Shown: positions 47,585-57,204, numbered from the stretch's first letter. The stretch: DNA of 64,000 bases from an uncultured Pseudomonadota bacterium (GCA_913020725.1 CAJWCD010000002.1:4217-68216); one strand, 5' to 3'. The notes: generated by a model not told the origin, from the sequence alone. A program made the numbers and translations.

Positions 47585-48832
47585 ATGGATAAACCCAAAC
47601 ATATCGTCCTGACCTCTCATCCGGGACGCGAGGAACAACGCGGCCCGAAAATCCAATGGGGGGAGGCCGACCCCAAAGTGCGAGGGCCAGTGATCGGCTC
47701 GGTGCAAAACCCGGCCAAGCGCAACGTCATCGGCGCGCACTCCGGCTCGTACGCCATCTACCGTGCCCTTGCGGTGGCGTCCGGACAACTGGATGCGGAT
47801 CATGTTCCGGACCTCACGGACACCACCCCGATTGTTCCCTTGGGGCCGCATCCGCAGTGGCATGATCCGGACAAGATTGTTGCGCTCGATCCTTTCGGGC
47901 ATCTCATTGGAGAGGTGTTTGCGGATGAATTGAAATCCGGTCTCGACATCCGCCCGACGATTGCAGTGACGCGGGCGCGGCTGCACCTTCCGGAATTCCA
48001 GATGGCGGTGAAGGAAGGCCGCATGATTCCGGACGGCAAAATCCTGCTGAAGTCCGGCGAGGTCAGCGTGACGAAAGTCGCGGTCGAACCGGTCTGGCAC
48101 CTTCCGGGCGTGGCGAAGCGTTTTGACATTGGCGAGTCGCAGTTGCGCCGCAGCCTCTTTGAGCAAACCGGAGGCATGTTTCCGGAACTGGTGACTCGCC
48201 CCGACCACCATGTTTTCCTTCCGCCCATCGGCAGCATCACGATCTATGTCGTCGGCGACCTCGCGGCGGTCACGGACCCGAAACGCAAACTGGCCTGCCG
48301 CGTCCACGACGAGTGCAACGGCTCGGATGTGTTCGGCTCCGACATCTGCACCTGCCGCCCCTACCTCATTCACGGCATCGAGGTCTGCGTGGAAACCGCG
48401 CAACAGGGCGGTGCAGGCGTAATCGCGTATTTCCGCAAAGAAGGCCGTGCTTTGGGCGAAGTCACGAAATTCCTCGTTTACAATGCTCGCAAGCGGCAGG
48501 AAGGCGGGGACCGTGCCGAAACCTACTTTGAGCGCACCGAATGCATCGCAGGGGTGCAGGACATGCGCTTTCAGCAACTCATGCCGGACGTGCTGCACTG
48601 GTTGGGCATCACCCACATCGACCGCCTTGTTTCGATGAGCAACATGAAATACGACGCCATCGCGGGGCAGGGCATCACGGTCGGGGAGCGCGTGGCGATT
48701 CCGGACGATCAGATTCCAGACGACGCCAAGGTTGAGATTGACGCGAAAAAAGCGGCGGGCTACTTCACTCCGGAAGCGGTGGATTCGAGTTCGCTTGGGG
48801 AAACCACCGGACGCGACTTGGGAGAGTTTTGA
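47585..48832 (+). CDS. GTP cyclohydrolase II family protein with ~230-aa N-terminal extension (URC1-like)
   Basis: C-terminal domain ...CRVHDECNGSDVFGSDICTCRPYL...IAYFRKEGRALG...LGITHIDRLVSMSN has RibA zinc-ligand cysteines and the R/K-E-G-R motif. 415 aa matches the URC1 architecture, not plain RibA. Confidence 0.7.
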   Translation: MDKPKHIVLTSHPGREEQRGPKIQWGEADPKVRGPVIGSVQNPAKRNVIGAHSGSYAIYRALAVASGQLDADHVPDLTDTTPIVPLGPHPQWHDPDKIVALDPFGHLIGEVFADELKSGLDIRPTIAVTRARLHLPEFQMAVKEGRMIPDGKILLKSGEVSVTKVAVEPVWHLPGVAKRFDIGESQLRRSLFEQTGGMFPELVTRPDHHVFLPPIGSITIYVVGDLAAVTDPKRKLACRVHDECNGSDVFGSDICTCRPYLIHGIEVCVETAQQGGAGVIAYFRKEGRALGEVTKFLVYNARKRQEGGDRAETYFERTECIAGVQDMRFQQLMPDVLHWLGITHIDRLVSMSNMKYDAIAGQGITVGERVAIPDDQIPDDAKVEIDAKKAAGYFTPEAVDSSSLGETTGRDLGEF

Positions 48833-48834
48833 GC

Positions 48835-50079
48835 ATGGACGCCCAGGAAGCAGTCGCGCACTTGCGCTCTCCTGCAACGATTCGGGAACGCTGCCGAATG
48901 GTGTACGAGGCCGCACGGTCGGATCAGCTCGAACACTTTCGGTTGGTTCCGGAACGACTGCCCGATGCTGTGGAAACCGTGGTTGCGGAAATCCGCAAAA
49001 ACTACCCCGCGCTCGACATTCCGTACCACAGCCGCTGGCGGCATTTTGTGATTGATCGCGTGGATCATGCCACTCCCGTGCTGCGGCCACGGGTGGAAAC
49101 CGATGCTCGTGAGCGCCTGCGGGTGCAGTTTGAACTTGCCGTCACCAGTGTGTTGCTGGACGCCGGAGCCGGAGCCGGCTGGTGTTTTCAGAATCCCTTA
49201 GATCGGCGTTCGCACGGACGCTCCGAAGGACTCGCCCTCGCCAGCTTTTACCTGTTTGCGGATGGTGCATTTTCGAGCAATCCCGACCATCCGTTTCGGG
49301 CCGATGCCGAAGGACTCCGGAACTTTAGCGCGGACAAACTGGCAGAGGGGTTTCAGGTTTCTGCCGACAACCCGCTGGTGGGCTTGGAGAAACGGGCGGA
49401 ACTGCTCCGCAAGCTGGGAGAGGCGCTGACCACCCGCCCAAGTCAATTTGGCGGCGCACCTGCACGCATCGGCGATCTCGCTGATTGGTTCTGGGGTGAG
49501 GCAACACCCAACGATCAGGGCACGCGTTCGCTTCCAGCAGCAGCCATCCTGCGGGTCTTGCTCGACAGTTTCAGCAGCATTTGGCCCTCGCGTTTGGAAA
49601 TTGATGGGCAGCCGCTCGGTGATGTTTGGCGGTATCCGGTGGTGCAGACAAACGACCTCACCAACGGACTGATTCCCTTTCACAAACTCTCGCAATGGCT
49701 GGCGTATTCACTGGTGGAACCGTTGGAGGAATCCGGCCTCCGCATTGTGGAACTGGATGCGCTCACCGGACTTCCGGAATACCGCAACGGCGGGCTGTTC
49801 GTGGACCTTGGAGTGCTGGAACCCAAGCACCCGGAGGTGCTGGAAACCGTGCATTCGGTGGATTCGGAGGCGATCGTCGAGTGGCGGGCGCTCACCGTCT
49901 GTTTGCTTGATGAAATCGCCAAAGGGGTCCGTGTTGAGTTGGGGTGCACTCCGGAAACGCTACCCCTGAGCCGCATTCTGCAAGGTGGAACTTGGAGTGC
50001 CGGACGTGCTCTTGCCCAAGCCAAACGTCCGGGAGGGGTGCCGCCAATCCAAATTGAAAGCGACGGCACTGTGTTCTGA
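48835..50079 (+). CDS. Hypothetical protein, possibly DUF1688/URC4-like (assigned from genomic context)
   Basis: ~415 aa, no family I can confirm by eye. Abuts the URC1-like gene (stop/start 2 nt apart) and precedes upp, the arrangement reported for bacterial URC1-URC4 pairs. Confidence 0.4.
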   Translation: MDAQEAVAHLRSPATIRERCRMVYEAARSDQLEHFRLVPERLPDAVETVVAEIRKNYPALDIPYHSRWRHFVIDRVDHATPVLRPRVETDARERLRVQFELAVTSVLLDAGAGAGWCFQNPLDRRSHGRSEGLALASFYLFADGAFSSNPDHPFRADAEGLRNFSADKLAEGFQVSADNPLVGLEKRAELLRKLGEALTTRPSQFGGAPARIGDLADWFWGEATPNDQGTRSLPAAAILRVLLDSFSSIWPSRLEIDGQPLGDVWRYPVVQTNDLTNGLIPFHKLSQWLAYSLVEPLEESGLRIVELDALTGLPEYRNGGLFVDLGVLEPKHPEVLETVHSVDSEAIVEWRALTVCLLDEIAKGVRVELGCTPETLPLSRILQGGTWSAGRALAQAKRPGGVPPIQIESDGTVF

Positions 50080-50107
50080 TTTTCGTTCACTCATTCAGGA
50101 GAATTCC

Positions 50108-50740
50108 ATGTCTGAAAACTTTATCCACATCAAGCACCCGCTCGTTCAGCACAAGCTCTCGCTGATGCGCAAAAAGGACACCTCCACCAAAGGATTCCGC
50201 GACCTCATCCGCGAGGTTGGAATGCTGCTGGCTTATGAGGTGACGAAGGATTTGCCGCTCAAGTATGAGGAGATCGAGACTCCGTTGCAGAAGATGAACG
50301 CCCCCTTTCTTGGCGGCAAGAAGCTCTGCCTTGTGCCAATTCTACGAGCCGGAATGGGATTGCTTGACGGTTTTTTGGCGATGATTCCTGCCGCTCGTGT
50401 AGGGCATATCGGACTCTACCGCGATCCAGAAACCCTCGTAGCCGTCGAGTACTACCTCAAACTTCCGGATTCCGTGGATGAGCGGCTTGTGATCGTCATT
50501 GATCCGATGCTTGCCACAGGACATTCCGCAGCCGCAGCCGTTTCCCGGATCAAGGAAAGCGGCGCGACCTCCATCCGTTTCGTCTGCCTGCTCGCTGCTC
50601 CGGAAGGCATCCGGTACTTCAACAAGGAGCATTCTGATGTCCCAGTTTATGCTGCGGCTTTGGACGAACGACTCAACGATCACGCCTACATTCTCCCCGG
50701 ACTCGGAGATGCTGGAGACCGGATTTTCGGTACCAAGTGA
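50108..50740 (+). CDS. upp: Uracil phosphoribosyltransferase
   Basis: Near-colinear with E. coli Upp: ...[13 protein letters not shown]..., ...[19 protein letters not shown]..., ...[17 protein letters not shown]. Confidence 0.93.
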   Translation: MSENFIHIKHPLVQHKLSLMRKKDTSTKGFRDLIREVGMLLAYEVTKDLPLKYEEIETPLQKMNAPFLGGKKLCLVPILRAGMGLLDGFLAMIPAARVGHIGLYRDPETLVAVEYYLKLPDSVDERLVIVIDPMLATGHSAAAAVSRIKESGATSIRFVCLLAAPEGIRYFNKEHSDVPVYAAALDERLNDHAYILPGLGDAGDRIFGTK

Positions 50741-50768
50741 ACCCTGAGTTTGACCTAGGAACGAAACA

Positions 50769-51395
50769 ATGAGGCTGCAAGTCGCCTTTGATCTGCTCAG
50801 TTTGGAGGAGGTACTGGCATTGTTGGAGGAAGTGCATGACCTTGTGGATATCGTGGAAATTGGCACCCCACTGATTCTCAAGGAGGGCTTGAAGGCGGTC
50901 ACGAAGATCAAGGAATGCTACCCGGATCAGGTGGTGCTCGCTGACCTGAAGATCATGGATGCGGGTGCCCTTGAAGCGGAAATCGGGTTTGATGCGGGAG
51001 CAGACATGATCACTGTGCTGGGGCTGGCTTCACGGACGACCAAGAGCGCGGCGAAAAGCACGGCTGAGCAACATGGAGGAAAGATCGTCGTTGACCTGAT
51101 CAACCACCCACATCCTGTGCAGGAATGGGAGGAACTCCGCAAAATCGGTATGGATTTCTGTTGTATCCACACGGCACATGATGATGCACAACAGCACAAC
51201 ACGCCGTTGGAAACACTAGAAAATTTTCACAAAGTCCATGGGGGGAGCAGGGTCGCAGTTGCCGGAGGTGTTAAACCGTCCCTAATTCGTGAGATGAAAT
51301 CCTTTCCGCCGGAGATCGTCGTGGTCGGAAGCTATATTACTGGTGCGGAGGATGCCCGCGAAGCAGTCCAAAAAATTAGAAAAGCGATGGATTGA
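50769..51395 (+). CDS. hxlA: 3-hexulose-6-phosphate synthase / KGPDC-like (OMP-decarboxylase suprafamily)
   Basis: MRLQVAFDLLSLEEVLALLEEV...VDIVEIGTPLILKEGLKAV...ADLKIMDAG is the HPS/KGPDC family pattern. Confidence 0.7.
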   Translation: MRLQVAFDLLSLEEVLALLEEVHDLVDIVEIGTPLILKEGLKAVTKIKECYPDQVVLADLKIMDAGALEAEIGFDAGADMITVLGLASRTTKSAAKSTAEQHGGKIVVDLINHPHPVQEWEELRKIGMDFCCIHTAHDDAQQHNTPLETLENFHKVHGGSRVAVAGGVKPSLIREMKSFPPEIVVVGSYITGAEDAREAVQKIRKAMD

Positions 51396-51958
51396 GGATG
51401 AACTTTGCAGATTATTCCTCAACTGTGTTGAAAGAAATTGAACAGACTCTCAAGCAAGTTGAGGGGTCGAAGCTGTCAGAATTTTCTGTTCAACTGTGGC
51501 AGTCGCCCAAGGTCTTTGTGGCCGGCGCCGGCAGAACCGGTCTAGTCATGCGTTGTTTTGCAATGCGCTTGATGCATTTGGGGTTGTATGTTCAAATTCT
51601 TGGTGACACCCTTACTGGTGCCATGAAAAAGGAGGATTGCTTGCTGATCGGTTCCGGCTCCGGAGAAACCCCTAGTTTGGTGAGCATTGCTGAAAAAGCG
51701 CAGGAACTGGGAGTCCGGATTGTCCTGTTCGGCATCAATCCAGATTCCAGCATCGGAAAATTGGCATCAGATTGTCTGAGGATTCCGGCACCCTCGCCAA
51801 AACTGAATCACGCAGCTGCTTGCCATTCGATTCAGCCCATGGGTTCACTCTTTGAGCAGAGTCTGTTGCTCACCTTGGATTCTCTTGTAGGCGTGATGAT
51901 GCATCAAAAAGGCATGAACTCGAAGAGCATGTTTTTGAACCATGCGAATGTGGAATAA
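51392..51958 (+). CDS. hxlB: 6-phospho-3-hexuloisomerase-like SIS-domain protein
   Basis: SIS domain (...KVFVAGAGRTGLVMRCFAMRLMHLG...LLIGSGSGETPSLV...). 4-nt overlap with the preceding HPS-like gene. Lower GC (~43%). Confidence 0.7.
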   Translation: MRMNFADYSSTVLKEIEQTLKQVEGSKLSEFSVQLWQSPKVFVAGAGRTGLVMRCFAMRLMHLGLYVQILGDTLTGAMKKEDCLLIGSGSGETPSLVSIAEKAQELGVRIVLFGINPDSSIGKLASDCLRIPAPSPKLNHAAACHSIQPMGSLFEQSLLLTLDSLVGVMMHQKGMNSKSMFLNHANVE

Positions 51959-52107
51959 ACCGCATTCTGAAAACAACATTAAGGAGAGCCTATGCTTTGA
52001 ACACTTGTCTTCATTTTATTAGTCAGCGAGGAATTGAATTGATGCCCGGATTCGGAATCCGTGTTTCACTGGCTGACCCTCTATCATGCAACTCTAAGGA
52101 GTGACTT

Positions 52108-53586
52108 ATGAAACTGTTATTTAAGAAATTATTGGGGATCTTTGTCCCTTTCATGTTACTTGCCAGCGGACCGGTTCATGCCGGAAAATTTGACGGCATC
52201 ACGATTCGGGTGCTCTCAAGACCTGGTCCAGTCATCTCAGGTGCTGTTGACATGCGTGGCAAGAAGTTCACCGAACTTACCGGCGCCAAGGTCATTGTTC
52301 TGGAGTTGCCGTTCTCCGAACTGTTTAACAAGGTGCTCACAGACTGGTCTCAGGGCACGAACTCGATTGACGCAGCGGTGACTTCTTCTGCGTGGGTTCC
52401 GGAACTTGTTGATATGGGGCTGGTCGCAGACCTCAGCGATTTCGTTGCGAATGACCCAGGCCTAAAATTAGATGACATCACCGAGTATTTCCGTGAGTTC
52501 AACCAGAAAGTCAATGGCAAGACTTACACCCTGACTCTGGATGGTGATTTCCACATGTTCTATTATCGCACGGATGTGTTGAATCGCTTCAGCCAGGAGC
52601 CACCGACGACTTGGGACGAATGGTTCGAAGTGGCGAAGGCAATCCATGGTAAGGACTACAACGGCGATGGCGAACCCGACTATGCGTCCTGCGCGTTCAA
52701 GAAACGATCTGCGCAGAGTTACTTCACGATCTGGTCCGTAGCGTCGGCCTTTATTCAGACCAAAGGAACTTCGCAAGGGGTGTTCTTTGATACCAAAACC
52801 GGTAAACCGTCGCTGCCCAATCCAGGATTTGCAGAAGGTTTGCGCGTTTACAAAGAGATGGGCAAATACGGTCCGGCTGACGAGTTGAACATGGACATTG
52901 CCGATATCCGTGCGCTGTATCTGGCCGGGCGTTGTGCGATGGTGATCGAGTGGGGCGACACTTCTCCGCTGGCACTGGAAAGCGATACGGTAAGAAATCT
53001 CTGGGGAGCATCCCAGATGCTGGGCAGCACCAGAGTGTGGAATCGTGACACCAACAGGCTTGAGCAGTGTAATCCCACGCTTTGCCCACACGCGATTAAC
53101 GGTGTCAATCACGCACCATTCGGAGCGTTTGGTGGCTGGTCTGCGTATATCAACAAAAACGCCGATCCGAAAGTCATTCAGGCCGCGTATGAGTTTTTCT
53201 CCTACATGAATGCACCGGAGCAATCGAACATCGATGTCACGCAAGGTTGGACAGGATTCAATCCTTATCGCACATCGCAGTTTGAAGATATCGACAACTG
53301 GTTGGAAGCAGGTTTCACCAGAGCTTCGGCAGCTGCGTACCTGAACGGTATGAAGCAAAGTTTGAGCAACCCGAACTTCGTTTCCGATCTCCGTATTCCG
53401 GGAGCCGCGCAATATACCAGCGTGATTCTCGATACTGAACTAGCGCGCTATCTAGCCGGTGAGATCAACGAAGAACAGACCATGGCCAACATCGCGGAAG
53501 CCTGGGAAGAGGTTACCGAAGACTTTGGGCGTGAGAAGCAGATGAAACTGTATCGGGCTACGCTGGGCCTCAAGGCCAATTATTAG
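52108..53586 (+). CDS. ABC transporter substrate-binding protein (family 1, carbohydrate-type)
   Basis: 492 aa with signal peptide MKLLFKKLLGIFVPFMLLASGPVHA and an extracellular solute-binding fold. Good RBS AAGGAG. Confidence 0.8.
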   Translation: MKLLFKKLLGIFVPFMLLASGPVHAGKFDGITIRVLSRPGPVISGAVDMRGKKFTELTGAKVIVLELPFSELFNKVLTDWSQGTNSIDAAVTSSAWVPELVDMGLVADLSDFVANDPGLKLDDITEYFREFNQKVNGKTYTLTLDGDFHMFYYRTDVLNRFSQEPPTTWDEWFEVAKAIHGKDYNGDGEPDYASCAFKKRSAQSYFTIWSVASAFIQTKGTSQGVFFDTKTGKPSLPNPGFAEGLRVYKEMGKYGPADELNMDIADIRALYLAGRCAMVIEWGDTSPLALESDTVRNLWGASQMLGSTRVWNRDTNRLEQCNPTLCPHAINGVNHAPFGAFGGWSAYINKNADPKVIQAAYEFFSYMNAPEQSNIDVTQGWTGFNPYRTSQFEDIDNWLEAGFTRASAAAYLNGMKQSLSNPNFVSDLRIPGAAQYTSVILDTELARYLAGEINEEQTMANIAEAWEEVTEDFGREKQMKLYRATLGLKANY

Positions 53587-53620
53587 CACTTGCCGATAAC
53601 AGTGAGTTTTTGTTTGTAGC

Positions 53621-54796
53621 GTGACTGCACCGCATCAAATGCAGGGCAGGGGCCAGCCGGAGTCAACAACTCCGGCTGGTTCGCTTGTTTCCTCGGCCAC
53701 GGGTTCAAACCTGAGCGAGTGGGTGGATCGTCACTCACGACAGTTGTTCATTTTTCCCGCCGTCTTTCTAATCCTAGTTTTTTCCATCTTTCCACTGGTT
53801 GCCTCGCTCCTGATCACATTCACTCGCATTCGACCCAGAGCGGGGGGATATCAGATTCGCTGGGTCGGGTTCAAAAACTTCAAAAAATTATTTACAGGGT
53901 CGGAGCAGTATCACCTGCTTGGAACGTTCGAGGGCATCGGTATTTTCGGATGGGTGGTGATCGTTGTTACTGCTGTGGCAATGATTTACTGGCTCTACAG
54001 ATATTCGCAGCAGGACTTTCGGCTCGTAGGGTTTGCCGGAAGACTAATCACGGCGAGTGCTACTTTTGGAATAGCGGTGTTATTTGGTGCGACTCTGTTC
54101 AGTGGCAATAATTTTGGCACGATACCGATGACACTCATTTATGTCCTGCTCGGTTGCTCGGTGCAGTTCTTGATCGGATTGGGGTTGGCCTATTTGTGTT
54201 CGCTGCCCATCGCCGGGCGCGCATTCTTCCGGGTCGTCTTTTTCGTTCCATTGATGATCACACCGGTTGGCATCGCATACCAGTGGCGGATGCTGGCGGA
54301 CATGCGGTTAGGGCCAGTCACACCGCTGTGGCACTGGGCAGGGCTGGGTGAATTTGCTTGGGGATCGAATGCGCTGGCGGCGCGGCTCATGGTCATGGTC
54401 GCTGATGGTTGGATGTGGATACCTTTCATGTTTGTGGTGATGCTTGCCGCATTGGAAACCGTGTCGCGTGACCAAGTTGAGGCTGCGGAAGTGGACGGAG
54501 CAGGAAAGTGGTTCATTTTTCGAGACATCACTTGGCCGCAGATTGCCCCGGTGGCAGGCACGGTTGTGCTGATTCGCTGGATCGAGGGCTTCAAGCTGGT
54601 TGACATTCCCAATGTCATGACCAACGGAGGTCCCGGCATTGCGACCGAAACCTTAACGATGCATTCGTGGACGCGCTGGCGATCACTGGATTTCGCCGGC
54701 TCATCGGCAGTGGCGTACACATTGTTGGTTGTCGCCGTGATCATCTGTGTTTCGTTTTTTAACTTTGTCATTCGCAAGCATGCTCACAGATTATGA
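53621..54796 (+). CDS. ABC transporter permease (MalF/UgpA-like)
   Basis: Polytopic membrane protein with N-terminal extension. Precedes a second permease and an ATPase. Confidence 0.8.
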   Translation: MTAPHQMQGRGQPESTTPAGSLVSSATGSNLSEWVDRHSRQLFIFPAVFLILVFSIFPLVASLLITFTRIRPRAGGYQIRWVGFKNFKKLFTGSEQYHLLGTFEGIGIFGWVVIVVTAVAMIYWLYRYSQQDFRLVGFAGRLITASATFGIAVLFGATLFSGNNFGTIPMTLIYVLLGCSVQFLIGLGLAYLCSLPIAGRAFFRVVFFVPLMITPVGIAYQWRMLADMRLGPVTPLWHWAGLGEFAWGSNALAARLMVMVADGWMWIPFMFVVMLAALETVSRDQVEAAEVDGAGKWFIFRDITWPQIAPVAGTVVLIRWIEGFKLVDIPNVMTNGGPGIATETLTMHSWTRWRSLDFAGSSAVAYTLLVVAVIICVSFFNFVIRKHAHRL

Positions 54797-56022
54797 ATAG
54801 CAGCGCTGAGCCCGGTTTTGTAGGACGCCGCAGCCGTTGGTTCGAACCGGCGGGCATTGGCAAATTATCTCCCGGTGGAAAACTGATCACCTATTTCTTT
54901 TTGCTGCTGTGGGCATTCGTGGTCTTGTTTCCGATCTATTGGCTTTTGATAACGGCGTTCAAACTGCCACCCGATGTCAACAATGGCCCAGCCTATCTTC
55001 CTTGGATCGATTTTCAACCGTCTCTGCATGCTTGGAGGAACATATTTGTCGAGGATTTTGCAGATACATTCCGTTCCTACAGTAATTCGATCATCATCTC
55101 GTTTTTCTCTACGATACTGTGTGTGATCATCGGCTCATTGGCGGCTTATGCACTGGTTCGGATTCAATACAAACCAAAGTTCGGCTCCATTTTGCTGTTT
55201 GTTCTCAGTCTGGTAGGCGCGTTTATCGCGGTCGGACAGTGGGGAATAGACTGGCGATTCGGTGTGACGGCAGGATTGGCGGTCTTTTTTCTGTTGTGGC
55301 GGGCAACCGTGCGGAGACATTTGAGCGACCGGCAGATGTCGCTGGCACTTGGCGTGTTGCTCGTGGTCGCAGCAAGCTCGTTTTTCGCCGCAAGTTTGTC
55401 CGCCGAGTTCGCCGAATACGGACGCCCGGGATCGATTATTCTTGTGTTGCTGGTGATTGGGTGGAGTACGGCGCACTGGCTGAAAAGCTCAATCGGCAAC
55501 GCGGATATTCTGTTCTGGATCATCTCCCAGCGCATCCTGCCCCCGGTTGTGGTCGTGTTACCCATCTACATCATGTTTCAGCGTATCGGTCTGCTCGATA
55601 CCCACCTCGCGTTGATCCTTACCTATGCCGTTGTCAATCTACCGATCGTCGTGTGGTTGATGCACGATTTTATCTCCACCATTCCCCTAGATCTTGAGGA
55701 AAGTGCGCAGTTGGACGGCGCATCGCGTTTGCAGATTTTCTGGGAAATCGTTTTACCGTTATCCAGACCGGGGCTTGCGGCGACCACACTGCTGACATTG
55801 ATTTTGTCTTGGAATGAGTACCTGCTGGCAACATTTCTTTCTACTACCAAGGCGCAAACCATGCCGTTAATGGTCGCCGCCCAGATCACTCAGGAGCGGG
55901 GAATCTACTGGTGGAACATGGCGGTCGTGATCATTATCATGATCATTCCCGTGGTTGCCATGGCGTTCGTGCTGCAGCGGTTCATCGCGAAGGGAGTGCT
56001 GCTCGGAGCTGTAAAGGGATGA
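54793..56022 (+). CDS. ABC transporter permease (MalG/UgpE-like) with N-terminal extension
   Basis: EAA-loop region ...LEESAQLDGASRLQIFWEIVLPLSRPGLAATTLL... 409 aa, longer than the typical ~280. Confidence 0.85.
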   Translation: MNSSAEPGFVGRRSRWFEPAGIGKLSPGGKLITYFFLLLWAFVVLFPIYWLLITAFKLPPDVNNGPAYLPWIDFQPSLHAWRNIFVEDFADTFRSYSNSIIISFFSTILCVIIGSLAAYALVRIQYKPKFGSILLFVLSLVGAFIAVGQWGIDWRFGVTAGLAVFFLLWRATVRRHLSDRQMSLALGVLLVVAASSFFAASLSAEFAEYGRPGSIILVLLVIGWSTAHWLKSSIGNADILFWIISQRILPPVVVVLPIYIMFQRIGLLDTHLALILTYAVVNLPIVVWLMHDFISTIPLDLEESAQLDGASRLQIFWEIVLPLSRPGLAATTLLTLILSWNEYLLATFLSTTKAQTMPLMVAAQITQERGIYWWNMAVVIIIMIIPVVAMAFVLQRFIAKGVLLGAVKG

Positions 56023-56059
56023 CTAAACTAATGCAAAAGGGATGACTAAACTAATGCAA
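56014..56059 (+). repeat. Perfect 23-bp tandem duplication (AAGGGATGACTAAACTAATGCAA x2) across the permease stop / ATPase start junction
   Basis: Read directly: ...gta|aagggatgactaaactaatgcaa|aagggatgactaaactaatgcaa|gaag... Copy 1 holds the permease stop (TGA) and a dead-end ATGACTAAACTAATGCAAAAGGGATGA mini-ORF. Copy 2 holds the ATPase start. Confidence 0.9.
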
Positions 56060-57151
56060 GAAGATCCGAAGCAGTCCGCAGGCAATGCCAAGCGATTGAC
56101 GATCACGGGCTTGAACAAATGGTTCGATCAGGTTCATGTGGTCAAGGACTTGAACATTGATGTGGAACCCGGTGAGTTTCTGGTGTTGCTTGGTCCGTCG
56201 GGTTGCGGAAAGACAACGGCGCTGCGCATGATCGCGGGCCTCGAAGCGGTAGCCAGCGGTGCGATCGTGATCGGGGATACAGAGATCACGAATCTACTGC
56301 CGAAGTATCGGAATATTGCGATGGTCTTTCAGTCGTATGCGCTGTATCCGCACAAAACCGTGGTGGAAAATATCGGCTTTCCTTTCAAAGTCCGTGGCAT
56401 AAAAGGGGAGGTTCGCGATGCCGCAGTCCGGGATGCTGCGGCGCAAGTGCATATGGAATCGATGCTGGACCGATATCCTCGGCAGTTGTCTGGCGGCGAA
56501 CGTCAACGAGTAGCTCTCGCCCGTGCGATCGTGCGCCGTCCGGACGTATTCCTGATGGACGAACCGTTGTCCAATCTCGATGCGAGGTTGCGTATCTATA
56601 TGCGTGCGGAATTGAAACACATGCAACATGAACTCGGCACGACGACAATCTATGTTACCCATGACCAAGTAGAAGCGATGACGCTCGCACACCGGGTTGT
56701 CATCATGAATCACGGTGAGTTACAGCAGATTGGAACGCCGCTGGAGGTGTACAACAATCCGAGCAACACATTCGTTGCTGGTTTCATGGGATCGCCGCCG
56801 ATGAACCTGATTAACGGTAATATTTCCCAAGGGAGTTTTCAGACTGAGGGCATGAACATTCCAATGAATGGGAAGCTACAGGATGGCGCTGTGGTGTTAG
56901 GGTTTCGTCCGGAGGACGCTGACATCGTGGACTCCGGCCAAGGGCATTTCAATGCTCGCGTCTTCACCGTTGAACTGGCAGGGGATTACACTCTGGTTAC
57001 GGTTGTGTTTGGAGACAACAGCGTGACTGTGAAGATGCCTTCAGACTATGACGCCGCGTATGACAGTGAAGTGGCAGTCCGTTTCTCTATGGAAAAAACC
57101 TTGTTCTTCGACGCAAAGTCGGGCGAACGCCTTGAACTGGGCGGATCGTAA
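56042..57151 (+). CDS. ABC transporter ATP-binding protein (MalK/UgpC-type)
   Basis: Walker A LLGPSGCGKTT, Q-loop, signature LSGGERQRVALARAIV, Walker B FLMDEPLSNLD, and a C-terminal TOBE-like regulatory domain. Confidence 0.9.
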   Translation: MTKLMQEDPKQSAGNAKRLTITGLNKWFDQVHVVKDLNIDVEPGEFLVLLGPSGCGKTTALRMIAGLEAVASGAIVIGDTEITNLLPKYRNIAMVFQSYALYPHKTVVENIGFPFKVRGIKGEVRDAAVRDAAAQVHMESMLDRYPRQLSGGERQRVALARAIVRRPDVFLMDEPLSNLDARLRIYMRAELKHMQHELGTTTIYVTHDQVEAMTLAHRVVIMNHGELQQIGTPLEVYNNPSNTFVAGFMGSPPMNLINGNISQGSFQTEGMNIPMNGKLQDGAVVLGFRPEDADIVDSGQGHFNARVFTVELAGDYTLVTVVFGDNSVTVKMPSDYDAAYDSEVAVRFSMEKTLFFDAKSGERLELGGS

Positions 57152-57204
57152 CCTGCACAAACGGCTCGCTTGCTCAGCATGCCCAATCTCCACATCAGCT
57201 AGCA

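Noticed and set aside
46247-49090. Two very long minus-strand ORFs (379 aa at 46247-47386 and 520 aa at 47528-49090) antisense to the ThyX-like, URC1-like and following genes
   Set aside because: The + strand frames carry recognisable family motifs (ThyX-like helices, RibA zinc-Cys motif) and are tightly coupled to upp. The minus-strand translations are Arg/Ala/Val-rich with no motif. Treated as GC-driven artefacts, though the unusual length was why I double-checked the + strand motifs.
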